DNA from: Vicugna vicugna
Taxonomy: Eukaryota
Assembly (NCBI GenBank): GCA_013265495.1
Contig: MU058824.1
Location: 1,267,111 to 1,331,110, forward strand
Length of the DNA: 64,000 bases
Reading direction: 5' to 3'
Each line of letters opens with the position of its first letter. Position 1 is the first letter of the stretch. The position numbers and the translations under genes are program-made. Below the pieces are notes generated by a model. The model was not told where the DNA came from, made no database searches, and saw only the letters and a list, made by a program, of their open reading frames with translations. This document shows, one piece after another, positions 62,461 to 64,000 of this stretch.

Positions 62461-64000
62461 TATTAAAGAAAAGTAAACTAAAAGCCCCATAATGTACCCT
62501 GACTGCTTAGCCATGGCCACTCTACAGTTGGCAGAGCCGTAGAACTGGGATGACTTAGACACTGCAGAGGACATGGTAAACTGGCACATTCTCTCTAGAC
62601 TACAGGCTGGATCTGCCCACCCATTCCCTCTTGGATTCACTAGAAGAGTCTGGGGAGCGCCAGCTCTGCCCCAGGTCCTGTGCTAGGTTCTGGGATTTAG
62701 AGTTGGACGAGGCAGAGTCCTTGCCTCGCGGAACTCCCTGAGTCGCAGGGAGGCAGATGGTGCTCACAGCCCAGTCTGAGAAGCCTCCACACTGAGAGAT
62801 AGCGATACACAGCATGAGCTCAGAGCAGAGATATCCAACATGCCTCGCAGAGCAGGAGGGCTTCCTAGAGAGGACTCTTAAAGGATGAATGAGGCGGGTG
62901 CCAGGTGAACAAGGGGAAAGGCATTCTCCAAAAGGGACTGGCCCACACAAAGACACAGAGGTGAGACATCGAATATGTTACCCAAAAACATGCCAGTGGT
63001 TGGTGTGAGCCCAAGTCAAGAGGGATTTTGTGTAAATGCAGACTCAGAGGCAGGTGGAGACCAGACCACAAAGGGGACTTGGAGGCAAGGGGTATGACTC
63101 CACCCTAGGTACCCCGAGAACCCAGCAAGATCAATTCAACTAGGAACCAGCAAGATTCGATTGTATCTTAGAACGAATCACCTAACTATATAATAAGAAT
63201 GACCCAAACAGTTCTGTTCTTTGATGGGCAAATCTGCTTGGGGGAACCTAGTCAAAGGAAATAATCCAAAAAGAAAACAAAGCCCATTTGTCTGGAGATG
63301 TTTCCAGCAACATCATTTATCATAATGACAAGATGGCCAAAGTCCAAGTGGCCAACTCTGGACACATGAGGCATGACCCACACCCTCAAGGTGCTCTCCT
63401 AGGAATGAGAGAGAAATAAACATACTGACAGTACAGGGGGAGAATGGCTGGTGCCTGGGAGACAGATGAAAGGCAGTGAGGGTTTAGTGACGAGAAAGCT
63501 CAGCTGGGGATCCAGTGAAGGCAGTCTGGAAGAGGTGCTATTTAAGCTGGGAGGTAGGATTAGGCCTCAAAGAGAAACAGAGGGTGAGAAAGTATACTCT
63601 AGACGGGGAGATTAGTTTACACCTTGTACAAAGTCCAGGAAACTGCAAAATCTCAACTACACAAGGGGAGCTATGAGTGATTAAGTTTGCCGGGGTGTTC
63701 AGCCTTCACTCTGCTATAAAACACATAAGCAGAACATTATGCCACCACAGGCAATTCCAACTTTAGAGAAAACCAAAAATTTAGCCAGTAATTAAAACGT
63801 TACAATCATTTATACTCATCACAGCTTCTAATGGTATATGAACAACAGTAGCGCACTACAGGTTGGGGCATAGGTAAGGTGGGAGGCCAGTGATGTGAAA
63901 TCTTAGGTGTGATTCACCTGCTTCTCCCTCACTTAGGAAAGCACATCAACTGGCCACGAGCAACAGTGAGATGATTAGAGAGAAAATCTGAACCTGCTCT

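Noticed and set aside
36020..64000. COL15A1 exons 1-2 or a nested protein-coding gene in intron 2
   Set aside because: No signal-peptide exon or CpG island seen; the ORFs are short and explained by repeats or chance.

Overview
Mammalian nuclear DNA, probably a camelid (two tRNA-Ala-derived vic-1-type SINEs). The whole window lies inside the collagen XV gene COL15A1 on the minus strand. I traced 19 coding exons between 35455 and 1513 (orthologues of human exons 3-11 and 13-22; exon numbers and human comparisons are from my recollection, not from an alignment). They total 2327 nt and splice into one uninterrupted frame: TSPN/LamG domain, acidic Ser-Gly-rich region, then interrupted Gly-X-Y domains. 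35456-64000 is repeat-rich intron 2; exons 1-2 and 23 onward lie outside the window. The main non-obvious element is an intronless, decayed, nearly full-length retrocopy of a SelO-like (YdiU/SELENOO-family AMPylating pseudokinase) gene at about 6540-8380 on the + strand inside intron 16. Other notable points: no intact orthologue of human exon 12, a GC-AG intron after exon 6, visible exon-duplication history of exons 8-11 including intronic flanks, and two recent perfect or near-perfect tandem duplications. I found no evidence of a genuinely new multi-gene system.
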